Source: Diadema antillarum | Taxonomy: Eukaryota | NCBI RefSeq assembly: GCF_040938485.1 | Contig: NW_027272057.1 | Location: 62,001-126,000, forward strand | Direction of reading: 5' to 3' | DNA: 64,000 nucleotides | In this document: in pieces, positions 39,901 through 51,900 of the stretch | How the letters are laid out: each line of letters opens with the position of its first letter | Position numbering within the stretch: position 1 is the stretch's first letter | The notes under the pieces: model-generated | The model's database searches: none | Seen by the model: the letters and a program-made list of their open reading frames with translations, nothing else | Told to the model about the DNA's origin: nothing | Program-made: the position numbers and the translations under genes

Positions 39901-42900
39901 GCGTTCTTACAAGAGAATATATTATTACATTTAAGTATTAAACACAAATTTGATTGTAGAGCAGCATGGGCCATAATCTGTACAAGTGTAAAAGTCCAAA
40001 AATGTAAGTATAGAAAAATGACTGAGTACTAGATTGCTGTAGTCTGTAACCTGGTCAGAAGCAAGGTGTGTGAGATACAGCTAATCTTGCTAAGTTAACA
40101 TGATGTACTTCTGTAAGTTGAAAATGGTATACGAGGAGCAACTGTTGGCCAAGAGAGACTTAATGGTTTGTTTAAGTCAAGTTGGTGTTTATTTCTAGAT
40201 GTTGGGAAAAGGTGTTGTTGTAGCTGATCATATGTGTTGCCTGTCACTACAATACTTCTAGAAGTTACAAAATAACTTGCTCTTCAGTTTGTTCCATAGT
40301 TCTCTGTCATAGAGTAAGTAGTTATGAACTGCAAAGTTCATTAGAGTCTTGAGAGTTCACAACAGTAGCACTCTAATGGTATATCATCCTAAATGTGTTC
40401 TACAACACATAGTGACTAAAAAGACTGCTAAGCACTTAACATGTGTATAGGTCAACAAATAAATCAAGAGATTAACTCCAGTAAGTTTATGTCATCTTAT
40501 GGGTAGATTACTGTTCAAAACTTTTATGGGAGATTAAATATTGGCAATTCTCAGAACTTAATGGAAAAATGCTCATGCCCTTGTAGAAAAGTTGTTAGAA
40601 GAGGTTGGTAATGAATTTGTTCAAGGCAAATCTGATATATTGTTGGGCATGTACCATATGAGACAATAGTCATCTTATTCTTATTCCCCCCCCCCCTTCC
40701 CCGTCTGATGGTTGTTACAATTGTAGATGCACCTTGGTGTGGACACTGTAAGCAGCTTGCTCCAATCTATGAAGAACTTGGTGAACACTTCAAAGACAAT
40801 GCTGATATTGTCATTGCCAAGATGGATTCAACTGCAAATGAAGTGGCAGAGGTCTCAATTCGAAGTTTTCCCACCATCAAACTATTTAAAAAGGGAGACA
40901 ATGAGGTAAGAATGCTATTCATAGATCTGTAGGAACTTGAGTGATGCAGTGGAGAAATAAAACACCAATGAATCTGTGCTAATGTTAAAGGACTAGTTCA
41001 CCTTCAAAAATATAAGGATTGAGAAAATGCAGCAATATTAGTGGAACACATCAGTGAAAGTTTGAGGAAAATTGGACAGTCGATGCAAAAGTTATGAATT
41101 TTTAAAATTTTTGTGTTGGAACCGCTGGATGAGGAGACTACTACAGCTTGTGATGTCATATGGGTACAACAGTATAAAGGAAATGTAAAGAAAATATCAA
41201 CATATTTTCACTTTTTTTTTTGCATGATAAAAGAGCACTTGGCTTGCCTCTTTATAAAGGTAGGGGGAATAATATTACCCACAACATATGTCAGTAACGA
41301 GTCAAGGGAATGTGTACTTTTTTGAAGAATGAAATTTTATGAAATTCTCTTTATAGTTTCCTTATGTTGTTGTACGCATGTGACATCATACACTGCAGTA
41401 GTCTTCTCATCCAGCGGTGACTGCACAAAAACTTCAAAAAATTCATAACTTTTGAACGGATTGTCCGATTTTCCTCAAACTTTCAATGTGTTCTACTAAT
41501 ATTGCTACATTCTCTCAATCCTTATGTTTATGAAGGTGAACTTGTCCTTTAAAAGTCGATTAAATGCCTGTAGTACTGTAGTACTGTAATCAGTGTAATA
41601 ATGGTGCAATTTGAACCTCCTCGTTACACACATATGTTGTATTCATTGTGTAGTTACATCACCAGAATTTGTGATAAAGAAGATAGAGCTGTAAAGAATA
41701 TATATTTGTTTGTGAAAAGTGCCATGTTCATAGCATGCCCCAGCAGTGATTGTACGAAGGCCAGATTCTAGAGCGATCAGCCTACCTCTATTAGCTATCA
41801 TCTTGTGCATGAATGGAAAGGATCATGAAGAAGTCCACAGGAGTGGACGAAAGCTAGCCAGCAAGTCAGTAAAGGTTGGTAGGAGCCTAAATCTTCTATT
41901 GTGGAAAGGACTATGTGTGGAGCACCTGTGTATCCTTCTAGATAGTCATCATGTGATGCATAAAATCTGACTCTCGTATTCTCTGCAATCATCTGTGGTC
42001 ATTTGTGCACAAGGGCAATTCCGCAGTTAGGTGGACATGACATGGATAAAAGAAATGTGCCTCTTTATCTAACTCTTTGATTTAGGTATCAACTAATGCC
42101 ATGGATGTTCACCAATCACTAAGGTCTTTCAAATTCAGTAGATTTTATTTTTCGTATTTATTGATTTTGCGAGATCTAAAACCATCATTTAAAATGTACA
42201 TGTGGGACTGGGGATGCTGAAATTCACTTAAATGCAAATTACAGTGGGTTGCTTTGAAATTTTTTCCTCAAATTTTTGCTAAAAGGTAAAAGATAAATAC
42301 ATTTAAATACTCCAGAAGTCATGTGACATTTTGTCAATAACAGAAGGGTGAAATGACCTGCGGAATTACTCCGGACAAATGTAACGTTACTAACCGTAAC
42401 GTTACTAACCATGCATTTGGGGGTCTAGCTAATGAATTATTGGTCAAACTGCTAAAAATACTTGCGTGAACATTTGTCATGATGCAATAATCAAAATTAA
42501 TGCAACACTTTGTTTGAAGTAACTTGAAATTTTGCACACTTTTTGTTACAAGACATTGATTTTTTTGGTCTTGTCCTTTTTTCGTAACGTTACTAACCAG
42601 CCCTTTTAGTTGCCATAGCAATTCTAATATTTATTGGATTGTACTCATTCTTTTCTATATCATAGACCTGGGGAGGATGAACATGTTTTAAGATGATTTT
42701 GACTTGAAATGAATAAATGGTGATTTAGCAGTAAAAATAAATATCTAAATTTCTTTAAATGTAACGTTACTAACCGCGGAATTGCCCACAAGGTTCTCTG
42801 ACAAACTGACTTATTGCATATAGGTAGGAAAGTATCTGTGTTTTATTTACATGATGTAATTCTCTTTCTTGCTCAGATTGTGGATTATGCAGGGGACCGC

Positions 42901-44160
42901 AAATTGGAAGCCATGATTTCATTTCTAGAGTCGGGAGGAAAAGATATGGTAAGCAACACACCCGTGTTGTTAGACACAACCCATACTGTTAGAAACACAC
43001 CCATGTTGTTAGACACAACCCATACTGTTAGACACACACCCATGTTGTTAGACAGAACCCATATTGTTAGACACACACCCATGTTGTTAGACACACACCT
43101 ATGTTGTTAGACACAACCCATACTGTTAGACACGCACCCATGTTGTTAGACACAACCCGTACTGTTAGACACAACCCATACTGTTAAACACATATCTATG
43201 CTATAAGTCGCACACCCATGCTGTATGGCACACATTTGTGCTATCAGCTACACACTCGTGCTATAAGTCACACATCTATGTTATAAGACACACACCCATG
43301 CTACTGTTATCAGTCACACAGCCATGAATGTAGCCACATACCCATGCTGTTCTTTGTACATGTATTATAAGATTTCATTTTTTCAGTTCTTACAAGCACC
43401 ATTACTGTATAAAAGGAAAAAAAAATCAATGTAGAATGTGAATGACTGGAGAAATGAAGAAAGTGCAGTATATGAATTGACAGACAAAAGTCAGAATAAA
43501 AAAAAACCCTCATTTTTTTAAAGACTGGCAGAGATAATTGTTTCTGAACGATTTGTTATTGCCCTTTAATACACATATTATGTCATATATTAGGGCTCCA
43601 CACTAACTTTTATTTTTGGTGGCTCAAAGGCAAACATCCGACCTTTTTTGGTGGCCTGATCAGGCCACAAAATTCTTTATTTCTGAAATTTTGGTGGCCC
43701 GACTTGCGTTTTTGGTGGCCACGGGCCACCGGGCCACCGTTAGTGTTGAGCCCTGCATATATGCATGCCCCCTTTCAGGTTGCAAAAAGAGACAATTTCT
43801 TGGATATTTCCAAATATGCCTTAAATGTGCACATTACAGAATAAACTAAATCACAATTAATTTTGTCACACCAACATTGCATCTTTATGCATGCATATCA
43901 TTCCATACACATGCCAGTTTTCATGCATTCAGAGCCAACTTTTCACATTTGCAGCATTATGAAATTGTCAGTTTGAAATCTATATCTTGGTATCATGTTT
44001 AATCAACATATTTGTGTGATATTACCATTGGATGGATGTTTGATGAGCTTCATTCTTTCATTATTCCCAGGGTGATGCTGAGGAATTGGATGATGAGGAG
44101 GATGATGAAGTCCTTGAGCAGGATGAGGGAGGTGATGGCCAATCCAGGGATGAACTTTAA
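24937..44160 (+). CDS. P4HB: Protein disulfide isomerase (PDIA1/P4HB type, 502 aa)
   Basis: Exons 24937-25081, 28692-28889, 30292-30449, 31619-31732, 32306-32410, 37586-37711, 39025-39225, 39700-39820, 40727-40905, 42877-42948, 44071-44160 (1509 nt), all GT-AG with matching phases. Signal peptide, two YAPWCGHCK sites, a-b-b'-x-a'-c layout, acidic tail, C-terminal RDEL. Confidence 0.98.
25900..26461. mobile_element. Kolobok-like fold-back MITE (copy 2, same orientation as copy 1)
   Basis: TTAA TSD (25896-99, 26462-65), same termini and body as 20431-21000. Confidence 0.85.
30479..30557. mobile_element. 79-bp internally deleted piggyBac-like element
   Basis: TTAA flanks. Left end CCCTAAAATGGCCAGGGGG resembles 12798; right end is decayed. 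Confidence 0.55.
32688..35850. mobile_element. Non-autonomous hAT element (3163 bp) carrying a tandem satellite
   Basis: TIR CACTGGCGTAGCCAGG / CCTGGCTACGCCGTTG, with a perfect 8-bp TSD GGTGTGCA (32680-87, 35851-58). Confidence 0.9.
33604..35785. repeat. Tandem array of 8 x ~272-277-bp units
   Basis: Unit starts at 33604, 33881, 34158, 34431, 34703, 34975, 35247, 35521. Confidence 0.95.
36037..37434 (+). mobile_element. Helentron/HINE (pearl/CvA-like) element with ~325-bp core repeats
   Basis: 5' hairpin AGCTCACCTGAGCC-AAA-GGCTCAAGTGAGCT, CGTC/CGTG microsatellite, core units at 36150, 36476, 36798, 37123 (last one truncated), sub-TIR CTCAGGTGAGC (37399-409), 3' palindrome AGACCCGCGGGTCT. 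Confidence 0.85.
37769..38678. mobile_element. Tigger/pogo-like MITE (910 bp)
   Basis: TA|CAGTAAACCTCG...CGAGGTTTACTG|TA, with GTCGA subrepeats. Confidence 0.85.
40989..41548. mobile_element. Kolobok-like fold-back MITE (copy 3, inverted relative to copies 1 and 2)
   Basis: TTAA TSD (40985-88, 41549-52). The central spacer is the reverse complement of that in copy 1. Confidence 0.85.
42013..42787. mobile_element. TIR element with 4-bp TSD (Sola2-like by termini)
   Basis: TIR GGGCAATTCCGC(A/G)GTTAG, ACAA direct repeat on both sides, four internal GTAACGTTACTAACC repeats. Confidence 0.65.
42955..43320. repeat. Minisatellite of alternating 20/19-bp monomers (39-bp dimer), decaying 3'
   Basis: ACACACCCATGTTGTTAG / ACACAACCCATACTGTTAG repeats start ~7 nt after the PDI exon 10 donor. 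Confidence 0.9.
43591..43755. mobile_element. hAT-like MITE
   Basis: TIR TAGGGCTCCACACTAAC / GTTAGTGTTGAGCCCTG, 7-bp direct repeat CATATAT, TTTTGGTGGC subrepeats. Confidence 0.75.
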
Positions 44161-45146
44161 ATTACATCATTAAACCAACAACATTTTGTTAGTTAACATC
44201 AAATCCTGGGATAAAGTCCATCCCAAGTCTTGCATGAAAACCTTGATTGGACATATTTTCTGAAGGTTATCATGTAATTTCTGAAGGTGATATGTAATCA
44301 CGGGTGAATGTTCTGATACATATTGGGGCATTCTTTGCATAGTACATGAAGTGTTTAGAACCTGTGGATCAAAGACAGTGATTATTGAACATGCCATTGG
44401 AAATTTTCAATCTAGAGAATGCTGCCAAACTTGGTTTTGTGATCTTTATGTGCAACACTTTTCTTTGTGTAGTCTGTAGTTGAGAGCTTCCATGGGGATG
44501 CAAACATGCTGTATCTTCATATGAGTCTAGTAGAGATTTTATAAATTTCAGTGGTCACATCATGGTATTGGGTTTCAAACATGGGTTTCATTTGAGGTTG
44601 ACTCTTATCATTGCTTTCTGTAAATTTTTGTTTTGCTCTCTTTTACCCTTTTGACTTGGGATGGACTCGAAAGCAACTTTAGAGTCATTCCATGTAGGGC
44701 GTAGCACACAAGGCAACATAGACTGTGCTTGTTATAGCTTCATGTACTTTAAAGGATTTGTCACAGTTTTCTTATTGCAGGTATTTTATTTTGTTGTGGT
44801 GTGAGATATACTGTTATGAGTTATTAGTGACTAATTGGATGTGAGGTTCGATGAGGTTCATTCAAAGGCTAAAGCCATTGAATCCAGTCCATGTACAATC
44901 TCAGTGCCTGAGAACCAGAATGAGTGTAACCACCAATTTTTGCTTGGTGACATACTTGTTCATGCTGTTCACTAAACTATTTACCCAAATAGTCCTTAAG
45001 GATACCAACATTATGTAGAGCATACTCTTTGCTGCACATGCATATGTGACTAGATTCAGTCACACTCAGTTTTCTTGTACCTCTATTAACAAGCAGTATG
45101 GACAATAGCTGTACCCCCTCTCTCTCTGTTTACCAAGTTACAACAC

Positions 45147-45307
45147 CAGGGGCGGATCCAGGAATTCCGTAAAGAGGGGGCGCATTTACAAAATTAAAGG
45201 GGGGGCGCACGCACCCCTCCCCCATTATTTTCTTTTTATTTCTTTTGTTTCAACAAAAAATAAAGGGGGGCGTGCGCCGGTTGCGGTCCTCCCTGGATCC
45301 GCCCCTG
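45147..45307. mobile_element. hAT-like MITE in the presumptive PDI 3'UTR
   Basis: Perfect 16-bp TIR CAGGGGCGGATCCAGG, 5-bp direct repeat AACAC. Confidence 0.85.
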
Positions 45308-46073
45308 AACACTGATTTATCATTTGTGGACCTCAAGGGAATCTTGCCACTGCTGATGTACTTTATGATATATGAAGCATTATTAAACTTGACACATCAC
45401 TTGCTTCGGATGTCATATTGGGTAGCACTGTGATTATTATGAGTAGGCAAGCAGTCCAGTAAAACCTAAAGTTTATCAAGTATTCCAGAATGTCTTAGAA
45501 GACTAATGCCTTGAAATACTGTACAAGGCTGATCAGTGATAAGCACACTAGGAGAGTCTTTTGACCATTGATAACAACAGGATATGGTCCCCCCCCCCCC
45601 AAAGAAAAGAAGTTGTCTGAAATACGATGTGCTTTAGAATGGGCTGGTGCTTTAGGGGAAGAAGATGTCTCTGAGCCAGCGATCCATTTTTTTGTCTTGC
45701 TGTTGTAAGTAGAGGTTCATCAAAGTAAAAGCAATGAAAGGTCAGTTCATTTGAACTGGAAGATTTTAACCCCAGTACAGGCCTACTGAATGCGTGTTGG
45801 GGGTGGGGTGGCATCCCTTGCAATGTGAGATATTGCCATTTGATATTTTGTTGCAAAAAGCCTATTCACATTTAACGTACAGCTATTTAAATTGTGTATA
45901 CTATGCACTGCAATGGGTGATGTGTATAAAAAAATGTTAGGTGCCGGTTGATTAATCAAAGACTGGGCAGATTTTGAGCGAGGTTATGAGTTGCCCTTTG
46001 GCTTTCTTGTTCAACTTTGTCACAAAGAAATTGTTATTGTGCAGTTCATCCCAACTTTTATTATTGTCTCCCA

Positions 46074-46079
46074 ATAAAA
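46074..46079 (+). terminator. Candidate PDI polyadenylation signal AATAAA
   Basis: AATAAA ~1.9 kb after the stop, followed by U/GU-rich sequence. Not confirmed. Confidence 0.35.
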
Positions 46080-46314
46080 AAAGAAGAAAAACAAATTAAT
46101 CAATCTTGTGGTTGTTCTTGATTTCATGCTGCATACTGTATGTGTGTTACAGTCTACAATGCTTCCCATGGGAACCATATCTGAATAATGAATATTATTA
46201 GTTTATTCTTGACAAAAATACGAGTTGCCAAGAGGTACTCAACAACGTTTTTGTGATATCCATCAGCCATGCATTGGTGCCTGAAGCATTTTTTTCTTCG
46301 TACAGTACGTTATA

Positions 46315-46503
46315 CAGTGCACTCCGATGATAACCAACATGGTTATAACAAAATTCTAATTACAACGAAGTAAAATTTTCAAGCTGCAACATTATTCGCT
46401 CTATGTATTTTTATTGTTTATTTTTTTTCGGTTATTACGAAATTTCGACATAACGAAAGAAAACTGCCAATCCCGAGGAATTCATTATAACGTGAGTCCA
46501 CTG
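46315..46503. mobile_element. Short Tigger-type MITE
   Basis: TA|CAGTGCACTC...GAGTCCACTG|TA, with TTATAAC subrepeats. Confidence 0.7.
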
Positions 46504-46950
46504 TACAATATACAACTGTAATGATAGCTGGAGAAAAATCCAGCATGTTGGAACATGACAGGCTGATTTAGAATTGGAAGTCCTGAACATGAGGGGCAAA
46601 GATCAAAGGCAAATACAAACTGTAATCACATTTTAAGCAAACTCAAAATTACCCACCCTTCTTCAGGACACTAAAAATATTTTATTTTTTAATGTTGGTG
46701 GCTTGAAAAAGAAAGGTATAGGCCCGAAATAGAAGGAAACATAACTGTTACAATCTACATGTACACGTATTATGAACTTCAGTTTCCNNNNNNNNNNNNN
46801 NNNNNNNNNNNNNNNNNNNNNNNNNNNNNNNNNNNNNNNNNNNNNNNNNNNNNNNNNNNNNNNNNNNNNNNNNNNNNNNNNNNNNNNNNNNNNNNNNNNN
46901 NNNNNNNNNNNNNNNNNNNNNNNNNNNNNNNNNNNNNNNNNNNNNNNNGG

Positions 46951-47026
46951 GCTTTCAATAGCTCAGTCGGTAGAGCAACGGTCTAGTAATCTGGCGGTCT
47001 CGGGTTCGAATCCCGATGAAAACCCA
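46951..47026 (+). pseudogene. tRNA-Thr(AGT)-like sequence (pseudogene or SINE head)
   Basis: D arm GCTC-AGTCGGTA-GAGC, loop CT-AGT-AA, perfect T arm TCGGG-TTCGAAT-CCCGA, acceptor stem 6/7. The anticodon stem pairs poorly and there is one extra base at position 8/9. Lies between two N gaps. Confidence 0.6.
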
Positions 47027-50000
47027 TTTTCTTTGCTCAAAGTTTTCGCCATTTATTATTTGTTTTTGGTCANNNNNNNNNNNNNNNNNNNNNNNNNNNN
47101 NNNNNNNNNNNNNNNNNNNNNNNNNNNNNNNNNNNNNNNNNNNNNNNNNNNNNNNNNNNNNNNNNNNNNNNNNNNNNNNNNNNNNNNNNNNNNNNNNNNN
47201 NNNNNNNNNNTGATATGGTGGCCCTACACAAATCTTAAGTGTCACTGGTCCACCGAGCCATGGCTAATGTAATGTATCCCGATTTAATGCGTGCTATACT
47301 TGGAAATGTTATACATAGGTGTCACCTTATCTTCTTCGTTTTTATGTCGATTATTTTCAAATGATTTAAATGCAAGCTTCTCTGTGTTTGTACCCTACAT
47401 TATTTTCTACGTTGCATTCTTGGTACAATGTATACCAATTTCGTTTTAATATCGGGCAGTGTCTTTCTCACAAAATATGACATTGTGATACCGCCTCGAT
47501 AAATAACGTGCCATGTCGACTTTCCTTCAGATAATTATTATTATCATTTTGCTTTTTCATTTCATTGTCACTTCGATGTTGAATGTCAATTTGATGCTAG
47601 TTCGATGTAAAGAAATAAGATGCAAACGCAGAAGGAAATTTCAACGTTTTGTACGTGTCAAAAAATGAAATATGTCTGTCCTTTTCGTCGTCGATCTCAT
47701 TCTGCTTATAAAACATGAGAAACGCAGCGCACTTATTTCATTTTGGACCCAAATCAAATCATATATCGCCAGAATTATTAAGTCTTCTCATTCTCCGGTT
47801 TTCACAACACAATTGATTTGGCCTATTGGGAAGGATGTCGATTATACGCTTCGATATGAGAATGCATGTAAGCTCTTCATCGACTATTTTGTACGTGCGA
47901 TACTCCTGGCTGAACTTGCTTTTCTGTTTATTCAAAAAAAATCATACATGTATTAACCTAAACTTTGTAACTCCGTGTGAAGTGTGCGTAACGCATCTGA
48001 ACCAATTTCAAGTCGACCGATTTCTCTGATCCAGTGTGTGTCGACTTACGCGAGGGATTCTTCAAATTTTGCATATCCCCTTCGCAAACGTCGTAAAATT
48101 TTGCGTGGTTAAGGAATAATGTCTCCCAACTTCGTGTATGAAAAATTTAAAGAAGAAGTGAAAAACTAACCCAATGTCACTTGAAATAAGCTCCCCTTTG
48201 TCCCGAGAATTACGTTTGCTTTTTTTAAAATTAATTTGGGGATGGGGGGGGGGGGGGGGTTCCGTACAGATTCACAGGAAGTCTATATCATTGTTTCCCA
48301 ATCCGTCATAGAAACAAAGACTCTCGGGATCAAGATTACCCACCTCTATCATGTACCAGCTTCTGAAAGGAAGCTATTTTAAGGTTGCAAGAGGGACACA
48401 TGAACTTTGATATCATCATATTGTTTTACCAGCACATCGTCTGACTCACAAACATCCTTGACAGATCATCTGAGGCAAAGTGTCCATTAACACAGTGATT
48501 GAAAAGGCAAATAACGGCTAAAGATTACATTTTGCGAGATTTTTTTCATTTTGACACACAGATCAAGCTTTAATTTTTGATTGTTATTATCACTGTATAC
48601 AAGTATGTCTCGTTTTGTCACTTGAAACTCATCAACATTAAATTTACATCCTAAATGCCGCAGTTGCATTCTCCTTAATAACAAAAATAAATGTATTGCT
48701 TTCCAAATTGTATTCAGCATTCAATCCACCAAGTACACTCAGATGAACATGAAATAATGATATGTTGTTCCAATAACTTTGAATAGCTATTCCTTTGTAG
48801 GTTACACCACTTAGGAATGCAATGTACCAGAAAAGGAAGCCAACAAGTATCGTTTTATACAACCACACAATAAACACAATTATATGTATTGTATGCAATT
48901 ACCTTCGGATCTTTTTATTATCATCGACAATGTAGACGACTACAGACAGACGCCACTTCAACTTACACGGCGTCGACTGAATGCTATATGAAGAAAATTC
49001 ATTGTACGTTTTACTCTTCTATCAGGCTATTGCAACTCCTTCCTTTTTCTACTAGCAAAGAATGAGATACAAAATGTGAATGTAAGACGCGCGCATGCTG
49101 ATAACAAGGAGGTTTGAGAAATGGATTCACAACAGTCTTATTCGCTTTGATCTCATGCTCGAAGCCGCCACTCAAAAATATTTGAAGTATGTGTCAAACT
49201 GCATCTGCCCTACAGGCAGGAAGACAATAAATTCATGTTTCATTGCATAATGACCAGCCACTCTCTACAGAAGATAATGTCTTTATGATGGTAATTACTT
49301 TTCGCTATCCCTACTTACAAACGATGGGCGGTAGACAGTGGTAAAGGCACGGGGGTGCGCGAATAGAATTTGCTCAAATATTGCTGAAATAGATATAAAA
49401 AATTACACGACTGTACGTGTCTGTACGCTAATCTGACAGGTTAATCTATACAGAACTATACTTGAAGATGATACCATATTAGTTTCATTTGGCGGAAATA
49501 AGGAGAAAAGTGATAAAACCGGCTTTCCATAAGGGTAAAATTTCAAACACTTTCACAAAATACAGCTCAGATTTACACTTTTGCACATACTTTCGAACGG
49601 AATTGACTTTTGTTTTATATGCTTTATCAGTAGGTGAAATTTCATTGCATTTGATATATAAACGAGCAGCATATACCCGATATTATTTTAGCGTTAAAAA
49701 TGAATCTTCATATTTCTCCGAAAGATAGCGGCTTCAAGCATCGAACGTCAAAGGCACAAATGCACCTGTGGAATTCTTTTGTCCATCCATAGAAAACTGA
49801 CAGCTGATTGAATAATCATAGTCAGTTGTAACTCCATCTCTCGAACCTCCTTGCTGATAATAAGATCGGTTGTACACTGTACATATGATATTCTATATTC
49901 ATGATATTTATATACTATATATGCTATGTATATGCTTGTTAGCCCTTCAGTATATTCCTACTTTTCTTCAAGATGCATGTGCTGAATTACTTATGTCTAC

Positions 50001-50296
50001 GTCTGTAATTAACCGCAATCAAAGAGTGATCAGAGATTGATTTCGATCTAGATTTCGACTCCATATTAATGTCTAAAAAGAAGAATGAAAGTGAACAACC
50101 TTGTTTTAATCTTTAAATTTCCAGACGTCAAAATTGATTAAGTTTATTTTACGTTTTCACGTAAAATGAACGATTAAAGTTGTACGATGAAAAAACAACA
50201 ACAACAGAATACATTCGGACCATTACAAGTTTTAAATCGGATCTAGTCTAAAGTGAGAAATAGTGTCGTGTCCAATTCAAATCACTTTAACTGTCT

Positions 50297-51851
50297 CTAT
50301 TTTGCTTTAGGGTTGTAGTAGCCCTCCTTTTTAGGCACGAACCCTCGTTCTATGCAGGAGTAAGCTGTCTCGTTCACTGTGTCCTTGGCACTGTAAGGTG
50401 TTATACCCAGTACTTGTCGGAGCTGATTATCATGTCGTTTAGCCAAAAGGTGGAGCCACATGGAAGAGAAAAGAAAGGGCAATAATCATTAGTGCTGCAT
50501 GTATTATAGTCACTGCATCGTCATCTTCGATAACGCTTTGATTATTTCATTTTGGTTATTACATGTGATATTTGTGCTATCAGTTTTGTTACTGTTTTTC
50601 ACAATGTGAGGAAAATGGAGCATGCTGTATACATGTATTGAACTGAATTGAATAGAATGGGTTTATTTACTATCAAACGTTGCAGCTCAATGGCTGAATT
50701 GTGTCTGATTTCCATTGATAAACGCACAATTACAATGTATAAAAATACTCTAGTTGTGACTGTCAACAGCACTCTAGGAGCGAGATGTAGCCTACACGCA
50801 TATGGTGTTATTGTCACCACTGTGGTAGGGACCTATACTGCAATAATGACAACATGACAGTGTATCATAGTACCATAATCAGACAGATAGCCATCATAAA
50901 AAGAGTAATATCTTCCTTATGTTAAAAAACAAAAACAAAAACAAAAACTGATCCAAATCTTTACAATCAGTTTCATCCTAATCACTTGACCACGTAATTA
51001 ACTATGTCATCTTTATTGATTTCAGCATGAAAATTGATCATCAGAGGAAGGAGGTTAATAAGTTGAGAAGAGAAAAGCGTCACCAACAACAGTCAAGATG
51101 AAAAAAAAAACCGGACTTTTGTTTCGATGTTTCTTTTGAATTTTTGGTAATCTCATCTTGTAATTTGTACTTTGCCCGTGTCGGGATTTAGGCATATATA
51201 TATATATTTTTTTTAATTTTTTTATTTATTTATTTATTTTTTTTGAACTGTCTTTCATGTCTAATACTCTAGTCAGGCACGGCATGGTAACTATATACAT
51301 TGTACTGTTAGCTGGGCATGCATTACGCCCGAACAGAAACTTGTAGAAAACAGGTTAATTTGGACTGATTGTCAAACTGAGAAGCAGACTTACCCGTTTG
51401 TCAGAGTAGGCGTACGTGTGCCCCACCAGTTTGGACATGGTCTTCACTTCAGAGTTGAAGATACCCATCAATCGTAAGAGGAAATTTGGAGCGACTGTCG
51501 TGACAGGTTTGTATCCTGTAGTGAGTATACGACGAGGAGAGAACATCGTACCGTCTGTATAAGTCCACTTTGAGATTATTATTTTCACGCTTTCTTCTAT
51601 TTATCTCTTTTAACCTTTCACCAGAGCAGCGCAAGAGAAAGAAATATATCATGCGGGTTTTGAACATAATATGGCATGTTAATACTACCTCAAGTGAAGT
51701 AGAAGAACTTGTGCCTAAATTCTTTCTGGTAAGAACTTAGCCTGTAGAACAGTGCAAGATAGCAAACTCTCCGTGCCTTTATTCCGCAAATATATATTTT
51801 TTCTTGTGATTTAACATCATCTTATAAAAACAATGACAGATGAACAAGGGA

Positions 51852-51900
<49 letters not shown>

